Shown: positions 45,205-53,795, numbered from the stretch's first letter. The stretch: 64,000 bases of DNA from Syntrophomonadaceae bacterium (GCA_012799365.1 JAAZLJ010000087.1:393-64392); one strand, 5' to 3'. Program-made: numbers and translations. Notes: generated from the sequence alone by a model not told the origin.

Positions 45205-46113
45205 TTAGAATTGAATTTTACACGATTTGCCCGTTTTTTGCAGGTCCTGCTGTAGTGGTCTGGCGGCTTGATTCAGAGCCTCTTGCTGGGAGTGGAAAGA
45301 ACCCAGGTGAACCAACCATCTGCGCCGCAACCCTTTCTTGAGCGGTTGCACAAATAATTTGTATATATCTTTCTCAGGTTTTTCTATCAGGTCAGTCACG
45401 GTCCAAATCTCGGTTATAGGATAATTAAATGGCAGGGTGCAATAGCCGTTCAGGGTACCCCATTTTTTACCCCAGGAGTTAAACCCCACCCAGCGATTAT
45501 CTCGGTTCCAACCTATGATGGTTAAAGCATGAAAACCATACATGTTTTCAGTCAGGGTATCGGGTTGGGACAGGTGTCCCCCTTTATAGAAACTTTCATA
45601 GACGGGAACCACCATCACGACGGGTCCCAGTTCCATCAGAGCTGATTTGACTTCATTTACGGTGTATACCGCTGCATATGAGCTGATACGTCGGGGATAA
45701 GCATCCCGGTGCATGGCTTCGGTTATCATGCCGGCGGTTACCGGGTAAGGATAGATGCCCGGCAGCAGTTCTTCCCGGCAGACTCCGCGTTTGAGCAGGA
45801 GTTCCAGGGCCTCACGGGTGATCATACCTTCTCCATGATAGTGGTTTTCCAGTCGCGCTCCATAGATATAAGCCGCGGATAAGGAGGAGAAGGTGCCATG
45901 CTCCTTGTGTTCCTGGATTTCTTTGATGGCTTTCAGGGCGAAGGCGACACAGGCACCAACTTCACCCTGATCATAGGTCTCCGTAATCCGGGGTTCGATG
46001 ATGAATTCCGGAGGAAAAGCTCGACGGATGCTGATCATACTGGCAATGTGAATATCCCGGTGGTCCTTGGGACTGGGGATGGCCCCCAGTTTACGGGCCT
46101 TATAATTCAACAA
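45205..46113 (-). CDS. Papain-like (C1 family) cysteine peptidase with a short C-terminal extension
   Basis: QGEVGACVAF (catalytic Cys), HALTIIGW (His) and NSWG. The tail WLVHLGSFHSQQEALNQA looks SPOR-like. Confidence 0.75.
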   Translation of the reverse strand: MLNYKARKLGAIPSPKDHRDIHIASMISIRRAFPPEFIIEPRITETYDQGEVGACVAFALKAIKEIQEHKEHGTFSSLSAAYIYGARLENHYHGEGMITREALELLLKRGVCREELLPGIYPYPVTAGMITEAMHRDAYPRRISSYAAVYTVNEVKSALMELGPVVMVVPVYESFYKGGHLSQPDTLTENMYGFHALTIIGWNRDNRWVGFNSWGKKWGTLNGYCTLPFNYPITEIWTVTDLIEKPEKDIYKLFVQPLKKGLRRRWLVHLGSFHSQQEALNQAARPLQQDLQKTGKSCKIQF

Positions 46114-46478
46114 AATTATCCCTCCTTTTGGTGATTTCTTACCTGATTTGAATCAGTTCCCCGCTGCTAAAATTAGATATCAGGAAAGATACGCACTCAA
46201 TTAATAGAGACGGGGGAGGAATAGGCGCTCTTGTTGTCGAATATGACAACATTTAGGGTTATATAATCCAACCTGTAACCCGTAACCTGGATTTTTGGGG
46301 TTACTATATAGTACGGTTTTAGTTCCGGATCGGTCCTACTAAATTAAGCGAATGGAATACCATGGCGCATTTGGAGTAGATCAGGTCGGGAACAGGAGGA
46401 CATTTGTCACAATTGTCGAAGAAGATTGTTCAGGCTCTAATTTTTGCGCTTATTGCCGGGGAGGGGAGAAGACAGCTC

Positions 46479-47660
46479 ATGCTAGAATACCTGGTATTTG
46501 CCTTTCTGGTTTTCGTACCGGTGGCTGGTCTTGGCTTTTACATATTAACTAAAAAAGGAATCAAACGGGAAACCATTTGGATAGGGATACTTACAGCTCT
46601 GGTTTTATTGGTCTTCTTTCCTCCGCTGACAGCCTGGTTGGGAATGTGGGGGGCGGCAGGTTTTGTACTTTTAATCATGGTCGGGGCAGGCGTTTTAATA
46701 AGTCGTTGGTGGGTAAGGACTGAACCGGGAGACCTGGTTGAAACAGCCCTGGTGGTCGACGAGGAGCCGCCAGCAGATGACGCCGCAGTCATATCAGGAG
46801 AAGAAGCATCGGCGGCCGCGGCGGCAGATGAAGCAGCGGAAATAGAGGATACAGATGATGTGCGGTTGGGAGCGGAGGCAGAAGAACCGGCGGAAGAGGT
46901 CTTGAAAGCAGAGGAAGCCGCAGGTTTGGCGGCGGATGAGGATATAATTTCTAACGAACTCGTGGTTGAAACAGCCCTGGTGGTCGATGAGGAGCCGCCA
47001 GCAGATGACGCCGCAGTCATATCAGGAGAAGAAGCGCCGGCGGCCGCGGCGGCAGATGAAGCAGCGGAAATAGAGGATACAGATGATGTGCGGTTGGGAG
47101 CGGAGACAGAAGAACCGGCGGAAGAGGTCTTGAAAGCAGAGGAAGCCGCAGGTTTGGCGGCGGATGAGGATATAATTTCTGACGAACTCGTGGTTGAAAC
47201 AGCCCTGGTGGTCGACGAGGAGCTGCCAGCAGGTGACGCCGCAGTCATATCAGGAGAAGAAGCATCGGCGGCCGCGGCGGCAGATGACATAAACATACTC
47301 ATAGAAAGAGGTTTTGCGGCGAAATTCGGCGAAAACTATGAAGAGGCGGCCCGGCAGTTCAGTCAAGTGTGGCAGCGGATTGACACTCCTGGCTTTTTCT
47401 TCATGGTTGGTATGGAACTGGTCAGCTTGTACAGCCGGTTGGGCTCCTATGATAAGGCCCTGGAGGTGCTGGATAGGCTGGGTGGCGATAGCCGTTTAAG
47501 CCCCACTGAGGTTGATAAAGTTGCTCGGGAGAGGGAGCTTCTCCAGATAACTCAGAGACTATTACAGGAGATTGGTATGCCGGATCTGCCAGCAGCCAAC
47601 GTCCCCCGACTTATTCGATTAAAAGCTGGGCAGGAGTTGGAAGAGCACAGAAATAACTGA
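46479..47660 (+). CDS. Membrane protein with acidic 76-aa tandem repeats and a helical (TPR-like) C-terminal domain
   Basis: ATG at 46479 after GGGGAGGGGAG (track start 46404). Three N-terminal TM helices, then a repeated ETALVVDEEPPADDAAVISGEE... block. Confidence 0.7.
   Translation: MLEYLVFAFLVFVPVAGLGFYILTKKGIKRETIWIGILTALVLLVFFPPLTAWLGMWGAAGFVLLIMVGAGVLISRWWVRTEPGDLVETALVVDEEPPADDAAVISGEEASAAAAADEAAEIEDTDDVRLGAEAEEPAEEVLKAEEAAGLAADEDIISNELVVETALVVDEEPPADDAAVISGEEAPAAAAADEAAEIEDTDDVRLGAETEEPAEEVLKAEEAAGLAADEDIISDELVVETALVVDEELPAGDAAVISGEEASAAAAADDINILIERGFAAKFGENYEEAARQFSQVWQRIDTPGFFFMVGMELVSLYSRLGSYDKALEVLDRLGGDSRLSPTEVDKVARERELLQITQRLLQEIGMPDLPAANVPRLIRLKAGQELEEHRNN
46737..47287 (+). 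repeat. In-frame tandem repeat, 228-bp unit, about 2.4 copies
   Basis: GTTGAAACAGCCCTGGTGGTCGA starts at 46737, 46965 and 47193. Only a handful of substitutions between copies. Confidence 0.95.
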
Positions 47661-47679
47661 TTGAAGGGAGTTTGGATGG

Positions 47680-48401
47680 ATGAAAAAGAGCCAGGAAATC
47701 ATTGGGCTTCCGGTCTTTTCCGTAGTGGATGGACGGGAGGTCGGGCAGGTGAAAGACTTGGTCATCAACCCGGAAGAGGGGGTGGTCGAATACGTCCTGG
47801 TTAATGGAGGCAGTTGGTATGTTGGTGCCAGGGTTCTTCCTTACCGGGCGGTGTTGGGTATCGGTGCCCATGCAGTTACTACTGAAAGCGAAACCCAGCT
47901 TACAACCTGAACGAATCGTCAAATGCCAATGCTCTTTTAGAGCGGAGTATCAAAGTTAAAGGTACTAAAGTTTTAACTCGGAAAGGTAACCTCATCGGGG
48001 TAGTTAGCGAGTACGAGGTCGATGAGAATACGGGCAAGATAACCGGACTGGAGTTCCGGGCTATGGAGGGAGATTCGGAAATTACAGCCATTCAGGCCAG
48101 CCAGGTGCTAACCTTTGGTAAGGATGTGATCGTGGTTCAGGAGAGACTGGGATCGGATCCGAATTCATTCCAAAAGGCGGACGAGTCAAGATCGGAAACG
48201 GGTGTGGCCGCCGAATCGGATGCGGCCAGGCTGTTTATAGAAAAACAGAAGCAATTTCTGTTAGGTAAAAAGCTAATGCAGGATATTAAGGATGATGAGG
48301 GTAATATTCTCATTGCCGCGGGCACAGAAATCGATGACCATGTGTTGGAGGTTGCCGAGGTTAGTGGAAGGCTCAATGATCTCGGTCAGAACGCGAAGTA
48401 A
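47680..48401 (+). pseudogene. Two-domain PRC-barrel protein gene interrupted by a frame change near 47886-47910
   Basis: Frame 1 ends at TGA 47908-47910 after the first PRC domain. The second PRC-like domain (KVKGTKVLTRKGNLIGVVSEYEVDENTGKITGLEF) is open in another frame from 47886. That frame has no ATG/GTG/TTG before 48063. Confidence 0.6.
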
Positions 48402-48431
48402 TCGCTCAAATAGGACGCTCTTCAGGAGGGT

Positions 48432-49784
48432 TTGATGTCGAATAGATATAAGCAGGTAGAACAATGCTTGATCATAGCTCTCTTCATTTTTATTATTACA
48501 ATGGTGTTTACTTCACTGGCTCTGGCGGTAAGGGATGGGGAACGGATACCTCCGGGTTTATCGGTAGCTGGTATTCCACTGGGTGGATTGTCGTATCAGG
48601 AAGCCCAGGAACGGTTGAAAACAGCTTTACCCGACCAATTGGGGAGACATCTAGTTTTTCGACGGGGGGAGCTGTTTGGTTACATATCTTGTGACGATTA
48701 CCAGATATGCTTTGATATGGATGGTTCCCTGAATCGCTGCGTGGGAGGTAACCAGACCGGGCTTAAAGGGTTACTTTTTCATTCCATGGTACGTGGAGGG
48801 GCTCGGGATGTTAGCCCGGTTATCAGCTATGATCCCGGATGTATTCCCGAGATAATGGCGGCGATAGGTCCAACCTTTAACCAGCCAGCCCAGGATGCCC
48901 GGGTCATCTGGAAGGATGATTCCTTGGAGTATATTCCGCATAAGCCGGGCTGTTTATTGGATCTGGATAAGACCGCTGGCCTTCTCCAGCAGGCTTTGAA
49001 CGCTGGGAGTTTGGGGCCGGTAACGGTAGCGGTGCGGGAGTTGTCTCCCCGGGTTAAATTGAATGACGTTGAGAGTGTCAAAGATCTGTTGGCTGTATAT
49101 GTTACCAGCTTTGACCCTGCACAAGAGGCACGAACTGCAAATATGCGATTGGCAGTCCGGGCGGTTAACGGTACGGTGGTAATGCCAGGTCAGGTGTTTT
49201 CCCTGGATGAACTCCTGGGGCCCAGAAGAGAAGAAGACGGCTATCAGAAAGCGCCAGTCTTTGTTAATAAAAGGGTAGTCGAGGGTGTGGGCGGGGGCAT
49301 ATGTCAGGTGGCTACCACCCTGTACAACGCAGTGCTGCAAGCAGACCTCAAGATCGTGGAAAGATGGCCGCATTCACTTCCGATTACATATGCTCCACCA
49401 GGACAGGACGCTACTATTGCTGCCAATGTGCTTGATTTCAAATTCCAAAACCATACTGAATTTCCTATTCTTCTAGCCATGTCGATGGAAGGCGATGAAT
49501 TGGTGGTGCGGATTTTCGGGTGTCAGATGGAGCCGGATAAAAAGGTACAGGTGGTCACAGAGCGGAAGGAAATTGCACCCCGAATCATAGTTAGACACGA
49601 TCCTCGACTGGGTGAAGGTGAGCGGGTAGTTAAGCAAAAGGGGAAAAGCGGGCATCTGATCAGGACCTATCGGGTAGTATCGAAAGGTGGCCAGGAACTA
49701 GAAAAGACACTGTTATCTGAGGATTATTATCGGGCCACTGATACCATCGTAATGGTAGGTGCCAATGCCAGCCAGGTTAAATAA
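48432..49784 (+). CDS. VanW family protein (copy 1)
   Basis: N-terminal TM segment; GGGICQVATTLYNAVLQADLKIVERWPHS VanW core. Confidence 0.88.
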   Translation: MMSNRYKQVEQCLIIALFIFIITMVFTSLALAVRDGERIPPGLSVAGIPLGGLSYQEAQERLKTALPDQLGRHLVFRRGELFGYISCDDYQICFDMDGSLNRCVGGNQTGLKGLLFHSMVRGGARDVSPVISYDPGCIPEIMAAIGPTFNQPAQDARVIWKDDSLEYIPHKPGCLLDLDKTAGLLQQALNAGSLGPVTVAVRELSPRVKLNDVESVKDLLAVYVTSFDPAQEARTANMRLAVRAVNGTVVMPGQVFSLDELLGPRREEDGYQKAPVFVNKRVVEGVGGGICQVATTLYNAVLQADLKIVERWPHSLPITYAPPGQDATIAANVLDFKFQNHTEFPILLAMSMEGDELVVRIFGCQMEPDKKVQVVTERKEIAPRIIVRHDPRLGEGERVVKQKGKSGHLIRTYRVVSKGGQELEKTLLSEDYYRATDTIVMVGANASQVK

Positions 49785-49825
49785 GTCGTAGGCCGCTTCA
49801 CCGGTTTACCACGCTCCCTTTTAGC

Positions 49826-49868
49826 GGATTCATAATATTCGGCGTAATCTGCGTCTAATTTTCATAGC
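49826..49868 (-). repeat. Repeat module A fragment, reverse orientation
   Basis: GGATTCATAATATTCGGCGTAATCTGCGTCTAATTTTCATAG matches reverse complements of the 11640-11680-type arrays. Confidence 0.75.
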
Positions 49869-49882
49869 CGGTCAAAACAACA

Positions 49883-49902
49883 GAAGCCGCTTAAGCGGCT
49901 TC
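49883..49902. terminator. Bidirectional hairpin terminator
   Basis: GAAGCCGC-TTAA-GCGGCTTC. A T-rich run (TGTTGTTTTG) follows on the minus strand; a weaker TTGGTGTT follows on the plus strand. Confidence 0.65.
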
Positions 49903-49913
49903 TTGGTGTTAAT

Positions 49914-50012
49914 CTAGCAGGGCCCGGGCCTATAACCAAAGTCGCAGAAACAAAGGAAGAAGAACAGCAGGAGTATCAGTATAAGCCATTCGCCTCCACA
50001 ATCACCCATCAT
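49914..50012 (-). CDS. Candidate 32-aa hydrophobic Cys-rich peptide
   Basis: GGGAGGAAAGG RBS, ATGATG start, MMGDCGGEWLILILLLFFFLCFCDFGYRPGPC, then the 49883-49902 hairpin. Confidence 0.4.
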   Translation of the reverse strand: MMGDCGGEWLILILLLFFFLCFCDFGYRPGPC

Positions 50013-50290
50013 GGCCTTTCCTCCCTTCCCAGGTATTTAAAAATAGGACGGATGAATATCAAGAAAGCTGTTTTTTACAGATTATTGCTGTTAGGATTCA
50101 TCCCTCCCTTCGTTTTGAACACCCGCCAGGTGTTCAGGGTAACTAACTAAGTAGTTTTCTCTCCGACGCTAATATATGTTATGAAGCAGGCCCCTATCTG
50201 GTTACTCTTTTGATATAATTACTTTAGGCATGAAAGGTGATATTAATTAATAACCGGAGTGTTGGGCAAAAAAAATAGCCGCCTGCACGG

Positions 50291-50659
50291 CTAGTCGTTG
50301 GTGGTGGCAGGTGATTTACCGGGTTCTTCTGGTTTCTTCTTATTGAGATTGGAAAGTAGATTCAGCATCATCATTAAGGTCTGGGGATTTAAATTTGGCT
50401 GGCTGTCTTTATCTCCACTCCTGGTTCCCAGAGAACTTACCAGGCTGGAAAACAGATCTCGGGTTTCCGATGCCGAGCTTTCTACCATGGGCGGTATTGA
50501 CTCATCCGCATGATAGGTATAATATTCAACAATGCCCATTAGATTTACCAGGGAAAGTATACTTACCAGGTTAGGGACGTTGATTTTAGGTGGGGAGTTA
50601 GGTGACGTTAGTTGGAAAAGGATGTTTACAGCCAGCTGGGTTAATTTGCCCTTATCCAT
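50291..50659 (-). CDS. Hypothetical protein co-transcribed with the YbaB-like gene
   Basis: ATG at 50659 after GGGGGGTGA, 7 nt past the upstream stop. 122 aa with a Ser/Asn/Leu-rich, low-complexity C-terminus. Terminator hairpin AGCCG...CGGCT plus a T-run at 50263-50292. Confidence 0.55.
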   Translation of the reverse strand: MDKGKLTQLAVNILFQLTSPNSPPKINVPNLVSILSLVNLMGIVEYYTYHADESIPPMVESSASETRDLFSSLVSSLGTRSGDKDSQPNLNPQTLMMMLNLLSNLNKKKPEEPGKSPATTND

Positions 50660-50666
50660 AGATGTT

Positions 50667-50981
50667 TCACCCCCCGGTATTAAATTGACTGACGACCCTG
50701 GCAGTTTCCTCAATCATTTTGTTGCGAGAGCTGCGTACCGCTTCATTAATGGCTTCAACGACACTGGCTTTAAGCAGGCCGGCTCGAGCCGGGGAGAGCA
50801 AACTATTGTCGATGAACAGGTCCAGCACTTCTTGCTGATGGTTTATGGAAACAGAAACCAGATTGTTTTGCGATGCAACGGTCATACTTCCGTTCTTCAA
50901 GGATTTCTCAACTTCGGCCAGACTTTCCCGGAGTTTATCCATGCCACCTAGCATTTTCATCAGGTCCTGGTTGTTTTGCAC
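50667..50981 (-). CDS. YbaB/EbfC-like nucleoid-associated protein paralog
   Basis: Length and pattern (MKMLGGMDKLRE...VSVSINHQQEVLDLFIDNSLL...EAINEA) resemble YbaB. Not next to dnaX or recR. Confidence 0.6.
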   Translation of the reverse strand: MQNNQDLMKMLGGMDKLRESLAEVEKSLKNGSMTVASQNNLVSVSINHQQEVLDLFIDNSLLSPARAGLLKASVVEAINEAVRSSRNKMIEETARVVSQFNTGG

Positions 50982-51109
50982 GGTATCACCTCCAATATGA
51001 GTTTAAGATTATGGGCTAAACCAGATAACAAAGTATCGAGTCTCTGTAGACAATATATTCACGAATATGTGGTTTATCGATGGAAAATTACGGAAGGGGG
51101 GAAGTTGTA

Positions 51110-51217
51110 ATGGAGGAGTTAAGACAACAGGTGAAGTGGGAGTTAATCCGTACTCTGATCTGGGTAGCTGTATCGGTAACTCTGGCCACAGGAGTAGGGC
51201 TGTTGGCATTTGGGTAG
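51110..51217 (+). CDS. Candidate 35-aa single-TM peptide upstream of trxA
   Basis: GGAAGGGGGGAAG RBS about 8 nt before the ATG. MEELRQQVKWELIRTLIWVAVSVTLATGVGLLAFG. Confidence 0.3.
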   Translation: MEELRQQVKWELIRTLIWVAVSVTLATGVGLLAFG

Positions 51218-51262
51218 ATTAAAGTCAATCAAAGTATATTATAGAAAAAGGGGGAGTTTTAG

Positions 51263-51586
51263 GTGTCAGAAGTAAGAACTTTTGCAGCTGATAATTTTGA
51301 CGATGAGGTTTTACAAGCGGCTGAACCAGTGCTGGTGGATTTCTGGGCTCCCTGGTGTGGCCCTTGCCGTATGGTAGGACCGGTGGTTGAGAAACTCGCT
51401 CGTGATTATGCCGGACGTTTGAAAGTAGGTAAGGTCAATGTAGATGAAAACCGCGATCTGGCTGGCAAGTATGGGATCATGAGTATACCCACGCTGATTG
51501 TATTCAAGGACAGCAATGAAGCTAAACGCATAGTGGGATTCCGGGGAGAGAAAGAACTGGTAGATGCTATTGACCAGGTGTTGTAA
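51263..51586 (+). CDS. trxA: Thioredoxin
   Basis: WAPWCGPCR active site; GTG start after GGGGGAG. Confidence 0.93.
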   Translation: MSEVRTFAADNFDDEVLQAAEPVLVDFWAPWCGPCRMVGPVVEKLARDYAGRLKVGKVNVDENRDLAGKYGIMSIPTLIVFKDSNEAKRIVGFRGEKELVDAIDQVL

Positions 51587-51614
51587 TCGATTATGGATTA
51601 TGAATCGACCTCAG

Positions 51615-51657
51615 GGGCATCCGTTGAGTAAGAGCACGGATGCCCTATTTTTTTTCT
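51615..51657 (+). terminator. Rho-independent terminator after trxA (overlaps the rarA 3' end)
   Basis: GGGCATCCGT-11 nt loop-ACGGATGCCC followed by TATTTTTTTT. Confidence 0.8.
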
Positions 51658-52925
51658 TGACCATTACCAGAAGGTCGGTAAAATTTACGGCCCTGCAGTT
51701 CTGCGGGCAGGTATTCTTGTTCAACCAGACCACCGTAGTCGTGGGGGTACTTGTAGCCAACCCCCTTGCCCAGTAAGTGGGATCGGGGATGAGAACTATC
51801 AGCGATATGAGGAGGAACCGTGATGCCGGAGCTTTGCCGTACGGCGTGAAGAGCTTCATCAATACCAGTTTTACAGGAATTACTTTTGGGGGCCAGGGCC
51901 AGGTAAACCGCAGCTTCGGCCAGGGGAATCCGAGCTTCTGGCAACCCCACCAGTTCCAGAGCATGAGCCGCCGCGGTGGCTACTACCAGGGCCTGAGGGT
52001 CGGCCAGACCTATATCCTCAGCCGCGTGAACCACCAGGCGGCGAGCGATGAAGCGGGCGTCTTCTCCTCCTTCCAGCATTACCGCCAACCAGAATAGAGC
52101 AGCATCCGGGTCGGAACCTCGGATACTTTTAATAAAGGCGGAAATAGTATCATAATGCTGGTCGGCCTTTTTGTCATAATTTATGACCAGCTTACCGTGA
52201 ACGTTGACTACATCCTGGGCGGTAATATGCAAATCTTGACCCTCGTTATACCGGGAAAGGAATATGTGTTCTACCAGGTTGAGGGCCGCGCGGGCATCTC
52301 CTTTGGCAGTGGTGACTATGGCATCCAGGGCCGATTCGGTTATGGTTATCCGGTATTTCCCGAGTCCGCATTCCGGGTCGGTCAACGCCCGGTCAATTAT
52401 GCGAAGGATATCGGACGGATTTAACGGTTGCAGTGTGTAAATACGCATTCTGGATAAGAGGGCGGAATTAACCTCATACAATGGGTTTTCAGTGGTGGCA
52501 CCAATCAGGGTGAGTATGCCCTCTTCTACAAAGGGCAGCAGTACATCCTGTTGAGCTTTGTTGAAGCGATGGATTTCATCCAGGAACAGGATGGTGCGCT
52601 GCTGGTAGAATTTCAAACGTTCCCGGGCATCAGCCGCCATATTGCGGATATCGCGGGTGCTGCTGCTGACCGCTTTGAGATATTGAAAATGAGAGCGGGT
52701 GTGATGGGCGATAATATGGCTCAGGGTGGTTTTACCGGTTCCCGGGGGTCCGAAAAGAATAAAGGAGTGCAGGCGATCCTGTTCGATGATGCGACGTAGG
52801 GGGGCGTTTTTGCCTACCAGGTGCTCCTGACCTGCGATCTCGTCCAGTGTACGGGGACGCATACGGAAGGCCAGTGGTGCTGACTCATTTACAGTGTGGG
52901 CCTGGTGATATGAAAACAGATCCAT
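51645..52925 (-). CDS. rarA: Replication-associated recombination protein A (AAA ATPase RarA/MgsA)
   Basis: GPPGTGKTT Walker A, LFLDEIHRFNK, and the MgsA C-terminal domain (YKYPHDY). Confidence 0.92.
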   Translation of the reverse strand: MDLFSYHQAHTVNESAPLAFRMRPRTLDEIAGQEHLVGKNAPLRRIIEQDRLHSFILFGPPGTGKTTLSHIIAHHTRSHFQYLKAVSSSTRDIRNMAADARERLKFYQQRTILFLDEIHRFNKAQQDVLLPFVEEGILTLIGATTENPLYEVNSALLSRMRIYTLQPLNPSDILRIIDRALTDPECGLGKYRITITESALDAIVTTAKGDARAALNLVEHIFLSRYNEGQDLHITAQDVVNVHGKLVINYDKKADQHYDTISAFIKSIRGSDPDAALFWLAVMLEGGEDARFIARRLVVHAAEDIGLADPQALVVATAAAHALELVGLPEARIPLAEAAVYLALAPKSNSCKTGIDEALHAVRQSSGITVPPHIADSSHPRSHLLGKGVGYKYPHDYGGLVEQEYLPAELQGRKFYRPSGNGQEKK

Positions 52926-53020
52926 GGTTACACCTCACTTTCTGTTCTGCTGCTAATAACCATTATAGACTATTGATTCCACCGGAAAAGCGATAAATAT
53001 GTATTTGCCGTATAATATCG

Positions 53021-53041
53021 GCCAAAGGGACGGTTCTTGTG
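53021..53041 (+). repeat. 21-bp direct repeat, left copy (GCCAAAGGGACGGTTCTTGTG)
   Basis: Perfect match to 53796-53816. Lies 4 nt downstream of a TATAAT hexamer (53011-53016). Confidence 0.95.
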
Positions 53042-53108
53042 ACTTCTGTTAATTAGTGGCGTGCAATTTATGGAAATATTCGGTATAATAAATGCAAGTG
53101 GGGGTGTC

Positions 53109-53504
53109 ATGTTGGATACTAACGAGAAACTAAAATATTGGCTTGAATTAGCCGAGTATGATTTGGAGACGGCTAAAGTGATGCTTGACGGCGGAAGGCA
53201 CTTATATGTTGGCTTTATGTGCCATCAAGTAATTGAAAAAGCCTTAAAGGGGTATTATGTTTCAGTTCTCGCAGATGATCCACCATTTACTCACAACCTC
53301 ACTATATTAGCGAGAAAATCAGGGGTACTTGGAACGCTTTCTGATGAACATAAAGACACTATTGACCTACTTGAGCCACTAAATGTAGAAGCAAGATATC
53401 CTACCGCCAAGGACAAACTATTGAAAGCACTAACCGGGCAAAGATGTATTTCGGTATTGAAAAGGACGGAGGCGTTATTCACATGGATAAAAGCCAGGCT
53501 ATAG
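53109..53504 (+). CDS. HEPN domain protein
   Basis: ATG at 53109 after GGGGGTG. Helical pattern ...AEYDLETAKVML...CHQVIEKALKGY...EARYP typical of HEPN partners of minimal nucleotidyltransferases. Confidence 0.65.
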   Translation: MLDTNEKLKYWLELAEYDLETAKVMLDGGRHLYVGFMCHQVIEKALKGYYVSVLADDPPFTHNLTILARKSGVLGTLSDEHKDTIDLLEPLNVEARYPTAKDKLLKALTGQRCISVLKRTEALFTWIKARL

Positions 53505-53791
53505 AAAAAGCAATAGAGTATTCGAAACTGGTTAATGAAAGAATCAAGGTTCAAAAAATATTGCTATATGGGTCTTATGCTAAAGACAATTGGAACGAAG
53601 AAAGTGACATAGATATTGCCGTAATAGTTGATACGGTGGATGGCGATTTTTTGGACATGGCGTCTATGCTGTATCGGTTGAGAAGACATGTAGATGACAG
53701 AATTGAACCTGTGCTGCTGGAACAAAAAGCGGATCCAAGTGGTTTCCTAAGTGAAATCTTGAAGCATAGCGAAGTAATTTACACAAACTAG
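53483..53791 (+). CDS. Minimal nucleotidyltransferase (MNT) domain protein
   Basis: LYGSYAKDNWNEESDIDIAV (GS...DxD). ATG at 53483 after GGAGG; overlaps HEPN by 22 nt. Confidence 0.78.
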   Translation: MDKSQAIEKAIEYSKLVNERIKVQKILLYGSYAKDNWNEESDIDIAVIVDTVDGDFLDMASMLYRLRRHVDDRIEPVLLEQKADPSGFLSEILKHSEVIYTN

Positions 53792-53795
53792 ACCT

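Noticed and set aside
46233-46250. Palindrome GTTGTC-GAATAT-GACAAC containing a Spo0A-box-like TGTCGAA
   Set aside because: A single 7-mer match is expected several times by chance in 64 kb. There is no second box or clear promoter context.
46538-47302. 254-aa Ser/Ala-rich minus-strand ORF
   Set aside because: It is the mirror image of the acidic tandem-repeat region. The plus strand has the RBS, the TM N-terminus and a structured C-terminus, so the minus-strand frame is a repeat artefact.
47886-47910. Programmed -1 ribosomal frameshift at the PRC-barrel junction
   Set aside because: No X XXY YYZ slippery heptamer or obvious downstream stimulatory structure was found in the overlap. An indel or a sequencing error is the simpler explanation.
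53061-53108. GTG-initiated 16-codon N-terminal extension of the HEPN ORF
   Set aside because: The ATG at 53109 has a proper GGGGGTG RBS, and the extension adds no HEPN-like sequence.
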